Of a stretch of DNA of 64,000 nt, positions 36,715-49,549 are shown one piece after another (the stretch's first letter is position 1; every line of letters begins with the position of its first letter). Origin of the DNA: Negaprion brevirostris (Eukaryota); NCBI GenBank assembly GCA_030324005.1, contig JARDVH010000106.1, forward strand, positions 41,016,640 through 41,080,639, given 5' to 3'. Below the pieces are notes generated by a model that made no database searches, was not told where the DNA came from, and saw only the letters and a list, made by a program, of their open reading frames with translations. The position numbers and the translations under genes were made by a program.

Positions 36715-37235
36715 CCTGTTCACCATCTACACAAATCAGGGGTGCAATGGAATATTCTCCACTTGTGATTAATGCAGCTCCAACAGCACTCAAGAAGCAT
36801 AAAACTATTCTGGATAAAGTAGCCTACTTGACTCACATCCCATTCATACCCTCAACCACCAACGCACAATGGCAGTATGTACCATCTGCAAGATACTGGG
36901 CAGGAACTCATCACACGTCCTTAGACAGCACCTTCCAAACCCACAACCAATATCATTTAGAAGGATGAGGACAATAGACACATAGGATCACCACTACCTG
37001 CCAGTTTCCCGCCAAGCCACACACCATCCTCACTTGGAAATATATAGCTGTTCCTTCATTGCCACCGGGTCAAAATCCTGGAACTAGATCTCCAAACAGC
37101 ACTGTGGGTGTACCTTCACCTTAGACTGTAGTTGTTCAAGAAGGCAGTTCATCACTGCCTCAATGGCAATTAGCGATGGGCAATAAGGACTAGCCTTGCC
37201 AGTGAAGCTCACATCCCAATAATGAATGTTTTAAA
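36715..37235 (+). mobile_element. CR1-group LINE 3' end (partner of SINE family 2)
   Basis: ORF QIRGAMEYSPLVINAAPTALKKHKTILDKVAYL; tail GGCAATTAGCGATGGGCAATAAGGACTAGCCTTGCCAG. Confidence 0.75.
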
Positions 37236-38164
37236 AACATGGCTCCCTGCCTGCAACAATATGCTAAATATTAAAACTCTGAATGGAGGAAGGGAAGAAA
37301 TCTGAAGATGCAGATTTTGATCATCAAAAGAGATATGGTGCACACATAAAAATAAATAGGATTCACTGATTTATACAAAGGGCATTGAATAGAAAAGCAA
37401 GGACGTTATTTGGACTTCCTGCAAGACGCTGAAAGACTAGGAGAAAATTCAGGAAGATTGAGATTCATGGGAAATGTAAAGAATGATGAATTAATCAGGG
37501 ATAGGAGATTATAGTCATGGACTAATGAAGTGTACAGCATGGGAGGCCAGTCAACCCATTATCCCTCAGCTTGTTTGCAGCCAGATTAATTCAAAGAGAG
37601 TTTTGAGAAACTGTTGTCCACCCACCTTTTTTCTTTAATATTGGAACTGAAACAAATAAACTTTTTGTAAAGTTTGAAAACTTGAGGGGAAGTAGTTGAA
37701 AATAATCCATTGGTTGGTAAATTGGATGTTTTGTAGCAAAGCCAGAAGCGAAAGGGTTATTAAAATGCATTAGAACAAATTCACAAATGGCTAATTAGGC
37801 CGAAACTGGATCATTCAAACATATTTGAGAAGCAGACAGCAAGACAGGAGCATTAGATTGCAGTAGTTGGATGTGTTTAAAAAACCAATAGGCACAGCTT
37901 GCTGAATTGAGCCAAGCAAACAGCTTTTTGGTGCGATTCTTATGATTCCATGACAATGTATATTTGAATTGAAAAGGGTGAAACTGGCTTTGGACATGAG
38001 TACTAAACAAGTGACAGCAAATCAGCAACTGCCTTCACACCCAGCAGAATTGCCTTGTCCACTAAACAGTAAGATCAGGCAGGCTGTAAAATGCCATTTG
38101 GCATTTTCGTCCAAGATTAATTTCATCTCAAGTGTTAGGTTGGTAACACTCACACTAAGCCGAA

Positions 38165-38490
38165 TGACAGAGTTTTGAATTTCACACCAAGATTTAAACA
38201 TAAACTGAAAGAGTTCTGTATTTTGAATTATCAGATGGAGATGTTAAATACCTAGCTACCCAATGGACATAAAAGGTCATGCGACACACTACAAATTAAA
38301 AACAGCTCGTGTCCTGGTCAATATCCTTCACAAATTAAGCAATAACCTTTGCTTATAAAATCTTGCTTTGTTTAAAGTGGATGTTGCCTTGTCGATATGA
38401 CAGCAACTGCATTTCAAGTATCTATTACTTGTGAAATGTTTTGGGATGTTCTGAAGCTGCCAAGAATTTTGTAAGAACGCGAGCTGTTTC
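38165..38490 (+). mobile_element. Decayed DeuSINE (SacSINE1/AmnSINE1-like)
   Basis: TCAGATGGAGATGTTAAA...TGGACATAAAAGGTCATGCGACAC...GTGTCCTGGTCAATAT resembles the Deu domain (GGATGAGACGTTAAA...TGGACGTAAAAGATCCCATGGCAC...GTGTCCTGGCCAATAT). Confidence 0.55.
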
Positions 38491-40683
38491 TTAGCAGAGA
38501 ATTTACACAAATCTTGCCGACTGGAATTGCGATTCATTCTCATTTAAATATCATGCTATTGTGATAATTACAACACACGTGATCTTCGTTTGATGGGTCA
38601 ACGGTTCAACTTGTGAAAAACCCTACTGCTGAAACTAGTAAAACATTTTTAACAATTTAAGATCTCTTGCAAATAATCCATTAAAACAAAGTTTCATTTA
38701 TATAATTGATATTGGCTTTGATTATGACACCATTCATCAGGATTTTTAGTTTGCCATTAGTCTGACTTCTACTTTTCAGCAAGAAGGAATCTCGCTGTCA
38801 TAGTGTTCATTCAATTCCTTCTTGTTACCTTTAATCCAATACATCTCTGTATTGTGATTGCTGGGTTATCAGAAATGGCTTTTGAAATGCTGAGCACTTT
38901 AGATGCCCATACTTACCTCCCTCAGTGCAATACTTTCAACTACCTAGCTTCAATATTTCAGTTCTAAAAAAAAATCAATACATCAAAACAGCTTGACGTT
39001 CAAAGATAATTAACTCGTGACAACTGAATTTACCTTAGCACTTTTGACCTACCATACTTTTTGAAAACTATGAGAAAAGCTATCTTGATCTGCAGAGGAC
39101 TTGTATGAAAGAAACCAGGTGGTTTAAAAAAAATCTTCAAATAATTATTTCAATCGCTTCAAATCTTCTCAGTTTGTCAGAGCATTGTTTACCCATTGAA
39201 TTATGAAACTATTGCTTCTTCCAGCACAACGGACGCAACAGAATTAAGCATAAACATGGATCTAAGTAAACTAATAGAACCTCAATTTACTCAAATGCCA
39301 AACTGATGTTGCTACTTGATACTAGCAATAAATTCTATTTATGGTGCATCATATTGATTTTTCTTGTTTTACTCTTAAGGTATTGACAGGATTAAGATCA
39401 TATTCAATTTGAAAAAAATGACTGACTGATGCACATCAGAACACGAATAAGAACAGTGATGATACATCTTTGCTTGTTGGAATGAAACGGAAGGTTGTTT
39501 TTTTTATACACTGATGCTTGTTGAGCACAAGGCGCTGCTGTTATTCTTCCATCCAAATTGTGTCACACATCAATTTTTACAATTATTGATGTCCTGCATG
39601 AACTTCATAGTGCAAAAGAGATTATACATTGGACCTCAAGTTCTTGCTGAGTGACTTTACCAGATCTAGTTTTATATTGTGGTTTTGTGACTTTGTTACA
39701 TATTCTGGGAAGTATCATCTCTATTTTATAAATTATGGCACATCTGCTATTTGTTTCTGCTACTCAGCATTAAATTGCTTGGCAGTTTAAATCTTGCTGT
39801 TACAGTACTGGAGGAGTTTATTACTGCTGGTGTTCAACTGCTTTAGTTATGCTCATTTCAAGTCCCCCCTGTCATTTTGTCAGTCCCGGTTGAAGATTCT
39901 GCTATTCTTTCAAATGGTTTGCTTCACCTTTGTCTCCAAAGGCTTTTGGGAGTTGTTTTCTCTATTACCACCTTTCATTCTCATTAATTCACTTTGGGTC
40001 ATGCTTATTTAATGTGTTTCCTTTCCTTGCATTTGTCCTTTTTCCGCATGCCTAATATTTTCATAAAAGGTCCCTTTCATTTTCAAACAGAGGCACTCCT
40101 GCATGTTAACCTTACCCACCTCATTCTACTTCATGCTTTTCCCTTGGTGCCATCAAATTGGCCCTTTTAGAGTACTGTTTAGCCGCACTGGTTCATCATT
40201 GCTCGTGTTAAATTTGATGTTAAGCAATTGTTAATTACACAAATGACAGGAAACATTTTTGTACTAGTTTTTGACAAATTGATGCATGCTTCATTCTTTT
40301 ACATGGCAGTACACTGATATTGAGCTAATGAGCCTCGAATTTGAATGTTTAATCAATTACAGTAATTTGTGCAATATTCAACTACAGAATTATTGGCTGG
40401 CACAATTAATATAATTGCTTTGAGGTTAAAGCTTTATGATTCAAAGATGCATTTTTAAACTGGATTTTTTTTTCTGTAAAACTGCGGCAAAATAATTGTT
40501 TGTATAACTGATAGATTTCAGATCTTTTAATTTCTATGCTGTTGTGTTTCATTAACATGCATTGAACTCAACTGCCAATCATATTTTAAATTTGTTTTCA
40601 GTTATATTTATTATTTAGAATCAATATTTTTTAAACTCAAATTATTTTACCACTGTGTTTAATTATCCCTACATTAAAATAAT

Positions 40684-41299
40684 GGCCTGGATTTGTGGTC
40701 AATGATTTTGAAGGAAGATGCGAGCGTCACCTAGAAATCCCCAGTATCCAGCTACAGTAATGTTACCAAGCAGGTTAAACAGCCAATTACATTGCAGAAT
40801 TTTCATTGACAAGAAACCAGGAAGCAAAAATCACTGATTATTCTTCATTATTTAATCAATTCACAACAAAAATGAAGTTTGGAACTTAAAAAGTTGAAAT
40901 AACAGAATACTGTGGAACCTAATTCAAATGTAGACATTTGACATTGCACATGTGTCATTTTTCAGTATCGGTGGGGGGGGGGGGTGTTTCAGCAGTAATA
41001 AATGACAAACCTTTGTTTCACATGATTCAGCAAATGCCAACTCTTTCAAGCATGTTTATAGCACGATTAATAGAGTGTTAATACAGATTAATATATTAAA
41101 TACGATTAATACGGATGATCACCTCACATTGAGTTTTAAGATTACCATTCCACTGCAAGGAAGTGGGAAATCACAGGCAGTAATTTCTAGATTTTAGTCT
41201 TTAATGCACATGTCAATGCCAGAAGTTCTTGTTGATTTCATTGTGTAACCATCAATGATATTATGATTTATCTATCATCACAATGACAAAATCTGAGCC
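40684..41299. mobile_element. Old MITE-like TIR element with AAT target-site duplication
   Basis: AAT|GGCCTGGATTTG ... CAAAATCTGAGCC|AAT; imperfect TIRs and internal quasi-palindromy. Confidence 0.5.
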
Positions 41300-43889
41300 A
41301 ATGCCATTTCAGAAAGGAAACAAGCTGCATCAGTTTTTGGTTTGTATTGTGGAAATCTATCTACAAAGCATATCAATTACCCTACAATCTGATTTGTGAA
41401 CATTTCTTTCATTATTGTTATAACTTTCAGCTAATCTGAAATAATGCTAAAAGTGTTAAATGTGATCACTGCTCTTTGTATATGGGAAGTACTAGCTCAT
41501 AAACAATGATTAATTCCAATATGGTACTAAGGTTAGAACAGAAAATAATCAGAGGAAAAGTATCACCCTTCAACCCCTTCCCAATAGATTTTTTGGCATA
41601 CAGATATTTTTGCACACAACAGAAAATTGACATGACCAGCTTGTGGATAGTCCGTGGTATGTTAGAGTGCCTTATCTTAAGATATGTCAAAGGCTGTTGT
41701 CACTGTTAAATGGTCTTTCTTTATTGCTGAACCACTGCAGATAGCTGTTGATACTATAGAATCCAACACATTCACAACGTGACTGTTCCACTGCAGCAGC
41801 AGGAACAATCAAACATCAGCTTTTGTACAAGCTAATCCCCATTCAGTTATTTGAAAATTAGTTTTATTTTGGTGGCCATGCCCTCCCTCAGAGTTAGAGA
41901 AAAAATGTGCACAATTTGAGAAAGGGAAATCTGCATCACTAACCTGCACAGCTGAGCTGAGCACCCAGCCTGTCAATGGCAAAATAAAACCATGCCAGGC
42001 ATCATTGACCTCAATGTTCAAGTTTGCAACCAGTACAATGGTGCATCCTGAAACACAAGGTTAGATCATCTCTTGTGGCGTGTCTGAGTTCCTCCATTAG
42101 CAGCATTACCTCATTTATTTGCTTCTGCTGAAGTTGGACCGCCATTGGTAGCACTGCTATAATGGGAAGCTGCCACAAGGCATTTCAAAGTGAAAGTATC
42201 ATTTTAAATTAGTTCACAGCAGAGCTTATGTATCAGCTATAATGACCTTGTTAACCTCCTGTGCATTACTACAACACAGTTCTTGAATCCTAAATGCATT
42301 CTCACACTCAAAGCATTAAACAAGTCAATAAACTATTACTGTTTACCACCTACAATAAACTATGTCTGTTTGCTGCCCTTCAATAAAGGTGTAGGTTAAT
42401 TCAATGTATGAAATTCAGGAGCATCACTCTCAATCTTCTGGCAGAAGACTGAAAGTCAAGTCATGAAATCCAAAAGATTCTCTAACCACCTAAATTTAAC
42501 AGTTTTACAATTTTCTGCCTGTCAGAATTAGTTACAAGGGACATTTGTACTGGCGAAAGCGATGGCTGCATTACCTGTTTGCAGGACTTAGCAGCACATT
42601 CTGCTTCAGACCAAAGTAGACCAATCTTCATCAAAATTAATTCAAATCCAATTCACCATCTTTCAGTTACAATAGGTGTATCTTTGTTATTGTAAGACTG
42701 CAGGATTCTGCTTTGCCCAGAAGGAATCATCTGCAGCTGTTGCAATTTAAAGCACTGGTGGTTTCGGCGTCTCGCTTGAGATACAGATCAGCCTCTTGAA
42801 AGTTGTCAGAAAAATGCAGTTTCTTTGAGTGATGCTTGATATGTTCTGTAAAACTTGCTGTTAATTTTTCCCATGGTTTCTCACAGCAACCTTTGATGGC
42901 TCACATGGCTCTTTCAAGTACAGATCAAATAAAGTGTTTGCTGAAAGCTGCCCGTTACAGTAAACCAAGCATTTCAACTTGCGAACATCTCTATTGGCAA
43001 TCATAGGCATTGCCTCCTTTCATATGGGAATCGGCGAAACATTTCATCTAAATCTCAATGAGGTGAAGTAGCTTTCTATGCTACAAGATTATCCTGGATG
43101 TTGCCACTTTGACAGCATTATATGCTCCCCACAGAACTGGAAAGAACACACACAAAAAGGACTAATAGATAAATTAAGACATCATTGTCAAGGAGAGCAA
43201 AAGTAAGGGATCAGTAGGTTACCTCATGTGTCAAGCAAACAAGCAAGGAGTTATGCTAACCACTAATAGGATTCTCATGGATATTTTCATAAGGAAAATT
43301 TCTACCAGGGTTTCTGCTTAGAGAAATGTTCCTTTAGGGAGTGAACCTGATACNNNNNNNNNNCAGAATGGCCCAGCTTAAAATAGTATCCAGGAATGAG
43401 AGAATGTGGCTATGAAATTTCTGTTCTGCATTCAAGAATTCATCTTTTCATCAGTCAATAAGTTTAGTGTTTAGAATGATGGAAAATTCTGAACAAATGC
43501 AGATGTTGCGTTATTAGCACAGACCCATGGAAATATCCAGTGAGAGAAATGACTCAGATGGAGAGGCTGGCGGGAGTGAAGGGGTGGAGGAAGATACAAA
43601 GGGAAGAAAGAACTTATGTTGTGGAGGATTTAAAGATTTATTACAACACCAAGACAGGCATTCGCTGATTTGCTTTTACTACACTTTAAGAATAACAGTG
43701 TTGGAGGTGGCACTTCAGCTTCTGTGGCTGAACTGGCTTTTTCAAAAAGCTGATGAGATGTTAGTGTACTTTTAAGGGTTTTTNNNNNNNNNNAGCTCAC
43801 AGCCTCAGTTTGTTTTTCTTATTGTTGCCAGGCTATGAGTGTCTTTTTATTGCTGCTTAAATGTTTTTTTTTTTCAATTTTTACTGCGA

Positions 43890-44538
43890 TGTTTATGACT
43901 CTGCATTGTTAGTAGAAAAACTGGTTGGCAGGTCAGGTGATAGGAGTTTTTTTTTCTTTTCAGTTTGGAGCTGCAAGTTTGAGTTTTAGAAGGGGCATCA
44001 AGCTAAAAACAGTCTCTGTCTCTCTGGTTTAGGAAATTCTGTGCGTTAGTTGAAAGCAAGGTCTTGCCCTTTTGAAGGAGAGAAATAGGCAGCTGATGGC
44101 TTTCCAGAGTCCCTGGTGTTTAGAAGTTGTTCTGACTTCAAACTGTTCTGAATCTATCCAGGAAACTGTAGACTTCATCCAAAGGTTTCAAGTCCAATAT
44201 CACATGAGCATGAGTCTTTGCTGTGTTAAACCTGTGAAAAGGGTTTTTTGTCTATGGGGTTGGTTTGATTGGAACACATTGGATATATTTGTTAAAGGTT
44301 ATGCATTATCATGGCTGTTTTGTTTCTTGTTTGTAATTGATGAGTTCTTTCTAATTTTCTTAGATTACATGTTAACTATATTCTTAAATAAACTTTGGTT
44401 GATAAGTGCTCATAGTGGGTCATTTGAATCATACCTGAAGTGAAACATATCATGCTTATCCTAGCCAAATTCAAGAGGCAAAACTTTTGGCCCAGGTCGT
44501 TCCATAGAACACTTTGGAGTTTGACCTGAACCATAACA
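43890..44538 (+). mobile_element. Solo LTR
   Basis: Termini TGTTTATG...CATAACA; the 3' part (GGGTCATTTGAATCATACCTG.AGTGAAA) recurs at about 47850-47950 and the 5' part (TTATGAC.CTGCATTGTTAG) at about 61824. Confidence 0.6.
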
Positions 44539-44539
44539 C

Positions 44540-44975
44540 TGTCCATTTGGTTCCACTCCACCACTCACTTCCTTCAAGTTTTTTTAATGTAATTTCCTTT
44601 GAAAAGATACCATTAAATCTATATCCACCACTCTATTAGCCAGTTCATTCTATATTCCAACTACTCCTTGCATCTTGCTCTCTCTGGTTCTTTTGTCAAC
44701 CACTTTAATTCGTACGTTCCATTATTAACTCTTTCTCCTCATTTACTCTATCCAAATATTCATGATTTCAGAAACATCCAATAAATTTCCNNNNNNNNNN
44801 NNNNNNNNNNNNNNNNNNNNNNNNNNNNNNNNNNNNNNNNNNNNNNNNNNNNNNNNNNNNNNNNNNNNNNNNNNNNNNNNNTCTATAGCACATACAAAGC
44901 CCACATACACATCTTGACACATAATGCTCAAAATTGGATACACTATTCACAATGGGATCCAACTAATGTTTTATA
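44540..44975 (-). mobile_element. Decayed CR1 3' fragment
   Basis: CAAAATTGGATACACTATTC...CCAACTAATGTTTTATA is the antisense of the YKTLV.P.LEYC.QFW motif. Confidence 0.5.
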
Positions 44976-47900
44976 TAGTGTTATGAATGTGGAACTTTAC
45001 AAGACAGCTACATTTTAAAATATCTCTTTTAGCTGGAGGTGAAACAGAATATTCTGGAAAGGAGATAGTGAACTTATACGGAATGTCTGCCCAGTGACAG
45101 GCCCTTATGATTTGGTTGTTATGGGGAAGAAACCCAAACCAAATCTATTGATATCAAGTCAGAATTTTGACAGTTTGTTTTGGATCCAGAGACCGGAGAG
45201 ACAAATGAGCTATTGCTGTATGAGGAAGGATCAGCTACTGCTGTGAAGAGCAGGATGCACTCTTTTGCTGTTAGCAACTAAGCAGAACACTTGTAGAAAT
45301 TGTTAGATTTAGAAGGAAGGGAACAGGACTTCAAGAGTTAAGGAACGCGGAGTCACTGAGATGGGCCTTGCTGGTGAAAGTGAATGCAGGGATATCTCAG
45401 CTGAGTGGAAAGGTTGTTGAATGCCATCAGAAGGTTCAACTTGGCATGGCAAAGGAAGGTGAGCCTGGGAGTGCCTTGGGACTTAATCTTATATTGCAAT
45501 CCATCTCCAGAAGTGAACAGCAAAAGGAATTGAAAGAAAGATCATGATTGAGTTAGAGTTAATTAGTTAATGCAGAAGTATCTTTTATTTAGTTTGGAGA
45601 TTTGGTTACAGTAAGTAATGTTTGACCTCTGTTGATTTTAATTTGGTACGGGAAAGTTTTTGTCCTAAAACTTTAGATCTTGCCATTCGTTTTTGTGTGC
45701 AGTGAAATGTGCAACTCAAAAAACTGTTGTCCTATTTTTCAATGTTTCCACAAAGTTGCAACACACTCATACCTTACTGATATATATATTTCTAAGCAAA
45801 GTCTACGAGCATGAAATTGCTCAGTACTTACTCACTTGATAAACAAGAAACATGCCATAAAAGCCAGGGCTTGTCCTATGCAAGTGTCTTTTTAATGACA
45901 TATAAAGTCTGAATTACTTCCAAGCAATCTCCCTCGCAGTGAAAATTTACTTTTAGAATCATGACATCGCATTACTTTAGAAGTTAATTTAACTCGTAAA
46001 AATCTTCAACAATATATATCTCCCTCATTAAATCTTACCTATCACAATCTCCTCTTTCATTTTGTCTATTTCACTTTTGTGTACATGATTTCACATTGAG
46101 AAAGATATTCTAATGTACATCTTCTTGTTTAGATGCTGTACATTTTAATAAAGATTCTTCAATCTGTTTTGCAATATTTCATTCCCTGTTCAGGATTACA
46201 CAAGTTCCAGACCCCTTGTAGTGGTGAATGGTAGGGTAACACTCTGGATGCCTGATGATTGCATTGCCAGTTAAAAACCCACTAAAGATCAATGGTATTG
46301 ACAAATGCCATAGTGAATTTTGGAAACTGTTAAGTCTGTTAACTTTCACATTCAACGGAACAGAATAGGTTTAAAAGGAGAGTACAGGCTTTAAACCCAC
46401 AGTTATTGCCTGGATTAAGAAGTTTGTAGGAGTAATGGATAGCTTTTTATGTGTCTTGTACATATTTATTTGTCAATAGCTTTTCTGCCTATAAATAGTT
46501 GTTGCCTTTACCCACTGGGGTCATCTAGTATTTATGTTACTACATTGGTGATGAGGAGATAAAAAATCAGTGTTCCATCACAGGACAAGAGAGAAAGCCT
46601 TTCCATTATGATTCAAAGCATTTTCAGCATATAGCAAAAGTAGTACCATCATGCTGTTTTGTGGCAAGCCCAAACCATTTGATGCAAACGATGCATATTA
46701 GGTACAATATGTAGGATATGTAGAGGGGAAAGAGATGGTGAGAATTATCTTGCCCACAGCTTGTAGTACCCATACATTGTAATAAGAAGTTTGACTGACC
46801 CAGAGGGCCCCAATTCAAATCAGTGACCACGATCTTGCAGCTGGTCAGGAATTATCACCTAAAACATTATCATTTTTCAGATATAAATTTAATTCAATTC
46901 ACAGCTAATTTAAGGAGACTGGCAGAATATTGAGTTTAGAACATCCCTGAATAAGATAAACTCAGGTGCAGGATAAATAAGGTGGCTTTCCAGAAGAAAA
47001 CAGCGAGTGGAGTTAGACTTAAAACAGACCATGGAAACAGCCTTTCTCATAGACAGCATGGAAAAAGGCACTCAAAAATTGCAAAGCATGTCTGGAGGTG
47101 AGGTCCACCATTCTGGGGAGAGGGGTCATTAACAGCAGTGACAATAGCAGCACTTGGGTTGAGGGTGCCCGCTCAAACAATAGAAGGATGACCAAAGTAG
47201 GAAGCTGGGGTAAAATCCATCATTTCGATCAAGTAAGGATTTTCAATGAGTGTTTCAGACATGGAGCATCCCACACCCTGGGGAAGTGCAGGTTTTGAGA
47301 TGCAGACTTTTTCAGGTGCAATAGAACAGGTCACTTAAGGCATAGATGTAAGAGCAAGCAGAGCCCACCCAGCTCAGGAAGGGGGCAGAAGCCAGATTCC
47401 GACACAGTATAGGAGGAGTGTGCCAATCACCTGAGCACAATATGGGCATGTCATATGACTGGGGACATCTATGCTTCACAGAAGTCTAGTTTCAGTGAAG
47501 TTTTTCAGAAGGTACTTGAAGCGGAGGGACACATCAATGTTTCGGATGGCTATTTTTGCAACCTGCCAGAGAATGAGTTTACCTCCCTGGGGTTTTGCTG
47601 TTTGGAGGCTCTCTCCAGTTTTGCAACCTGCTTGGGTTTGTTGTCCACAAGTGGTAAAATGCTGCAAATCCAGCATCATGTGAGCATACTTGCTTGTGTA
47701 CTAACTAATTTTGGTATATGTCTGTGGGATATCACTTCAAATTGGAACAGGAATTTTAAGTCTTGTAATTAGATAAAAAGTTATGCTAATTTCTTTTGTT
47801 ATATTCTAACTGCACTCCTAAATAAGTTTTGTTAGATAAAGCTTCCTAATGGGTCACTTGAATCATACCTGGAGTGAAAAATCTCACACAAAATTTCAGG

Positions 47901-48429
47901 ACTAGGCTAACTTCACAAAACACCTTGGAGTTTCTGGCCTAGGTCTTAATGCTGGCTCCAACATATTGAATTAAATTTGGATAGACATATTCAAACTGGG
48001 TAAGAATGCCCGAATCAAAATCATCTGAAAATAGCCTGAGGTTTTCCAAGAAGAACTAGGAAAGGTAAAGGGGCTCTAAGCTAGAATATATGTGGACCCT
48101 GAAGCCACGTTGGTGTGTTACAGGGAAAAGGCAGTCCCCCATTCCATGTTGGAAAAGGTGGAAGCAGAACATAAATGCCTTGACGATCTAGGCATCACAG
48201 TTTGCAGAGTTGGTTATACTATTGTTCCCATCATCAAACTGGACAAGACAGTTCACATTTGCAGGGATTACAAACTGTTAATCGAGTGGACAAATTGGAC
48301 AGGTAACCCATACCCAACACCGAGGATCTTCTCACCCAACTAGCTGGTGGCTTGATATTTACTAAACTAGATGAATCGCACTTATGTTAATTATTTGAGT
48401 CATCCCGAGAGTGACTAACACTACTTTGG

Positions 48430-48680
48430 ATTAGTAAGTTTGCTGATGACACCAAAGTAGGTGGTGTGGTAGATTGTGAGGAAGGGTGTCATAGTTTGCA
48501 GGGNNNNNNNNNNNNNNNNNNNNNNNNNNNNNNNNNNNNNNNNNNNNNNNNNNNNNNNNNNNNNNNNNNNNNNNNNNNNNNNNNNNNNNNNNNNNNNNNN
48601 NNNGGTCGGCGCAACATCGTGGGCCGAAGGGCCTGTTCTGCGCTGTAATGTTCTATGTTCTATGTTCTATGTTCTATGTA
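48430..48680 (+). mobile_element. CR1 fragment with (TGTTCTA)n tail nested in the Gypsy pol
   Basis: ISKFADDTKVGGVVDCEEGCHSLQ; tail GGGCCGAAGGGCCTGTTCTGCGCTGTAATGTTCTATGTTCTATGTTCTATG. Confidence 0.85.
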
Positions 48681-49030
48681 CATGCAAGGACTCACGTGAG
48701 TACACCTGGTTACCATTGAGTATTTTTGGTGTGCCATTTTTCAGTGCACAATGGACAATTTGTTACAGGGATTACCCAGAGCTGCAGTTTATTTAGACAA
48801 TGTGCTCATTATCGGTTCCACAGGAGAGAAGCACTTAGCCAATTTGGAAATTGTATTAAAGAGGTTGACAAATGCCGGAGTGTGCTTAAGAGAGGTGGCC
48901 TTTTAAAAAAAATGAATATTTGGGTTATAAAGTAGACACAAAAAGGCTGCAACCCTGGGAAGAAAAAGTAAAGGCCATAAAAGTAGCACATGTTCCCAGG
49001 AATACTGCAGAGGTGAAGTCCTTCTTGCGT

Positions 49031-49549
49031 ATGATGTGGAGATGCCGGTGTTGGACCAAGGTGGGCACAGTGAGAAGTCTCACAACACCAGGTTAAGATA
49101 AGCATTTGGGTAAGCGTTCTCCAAGGCGGCCTTCAAGACATTGCAGAATTGCTGAGCAAAAACCGATAGCCAAGTTTCACACACAAGTACAGCCTCAACT
49201 GGGAACTTGGGTTCATGTCACACTACATGTTACCCCCACCATTTGGCCTTGGCTGTCAAATTTCTACTAATTGTCCCAGCTTGAGAAAATTCACAGCTTT
49301 TTAACCTGTGATTATCCCTCTCTCCACTCACATTGTCTGTACTTGTAAAGACTCGCATTCCAACCATTATCTTGCAAATGAGTCTTTGTCGATGTATACT
49401 CTGTTTGTGAACCCAAATCTCCACTCACCTGATGAAGGAGCTGTGCTCCAAAAGTTTGGGATACCAAATAAACCTGTTGGAATCTAACTTGGTGTTGTGA
49501 GATTTTTTACTGTGCCCACCCCAGTCCAACGCCGATATCTCCACGTCAT
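49031..49549 (+). mobile_element. Penelope-like element 3' fragment with inverted termini and hammerhead motif
   Basis: 49031-49095 and 49485-49549 are inverted repeats; VSVLQGGLQD..RIAEQKPIAKFHT..YSLNWELGFMSHYM GIY-YIG C-terminus; CAC-CTGATGA-A-GGAGC-TGT-GCTCC-AAAA at 49426-49453; flanking TTCTTGCG direct repeat. Confidence 0.8.
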
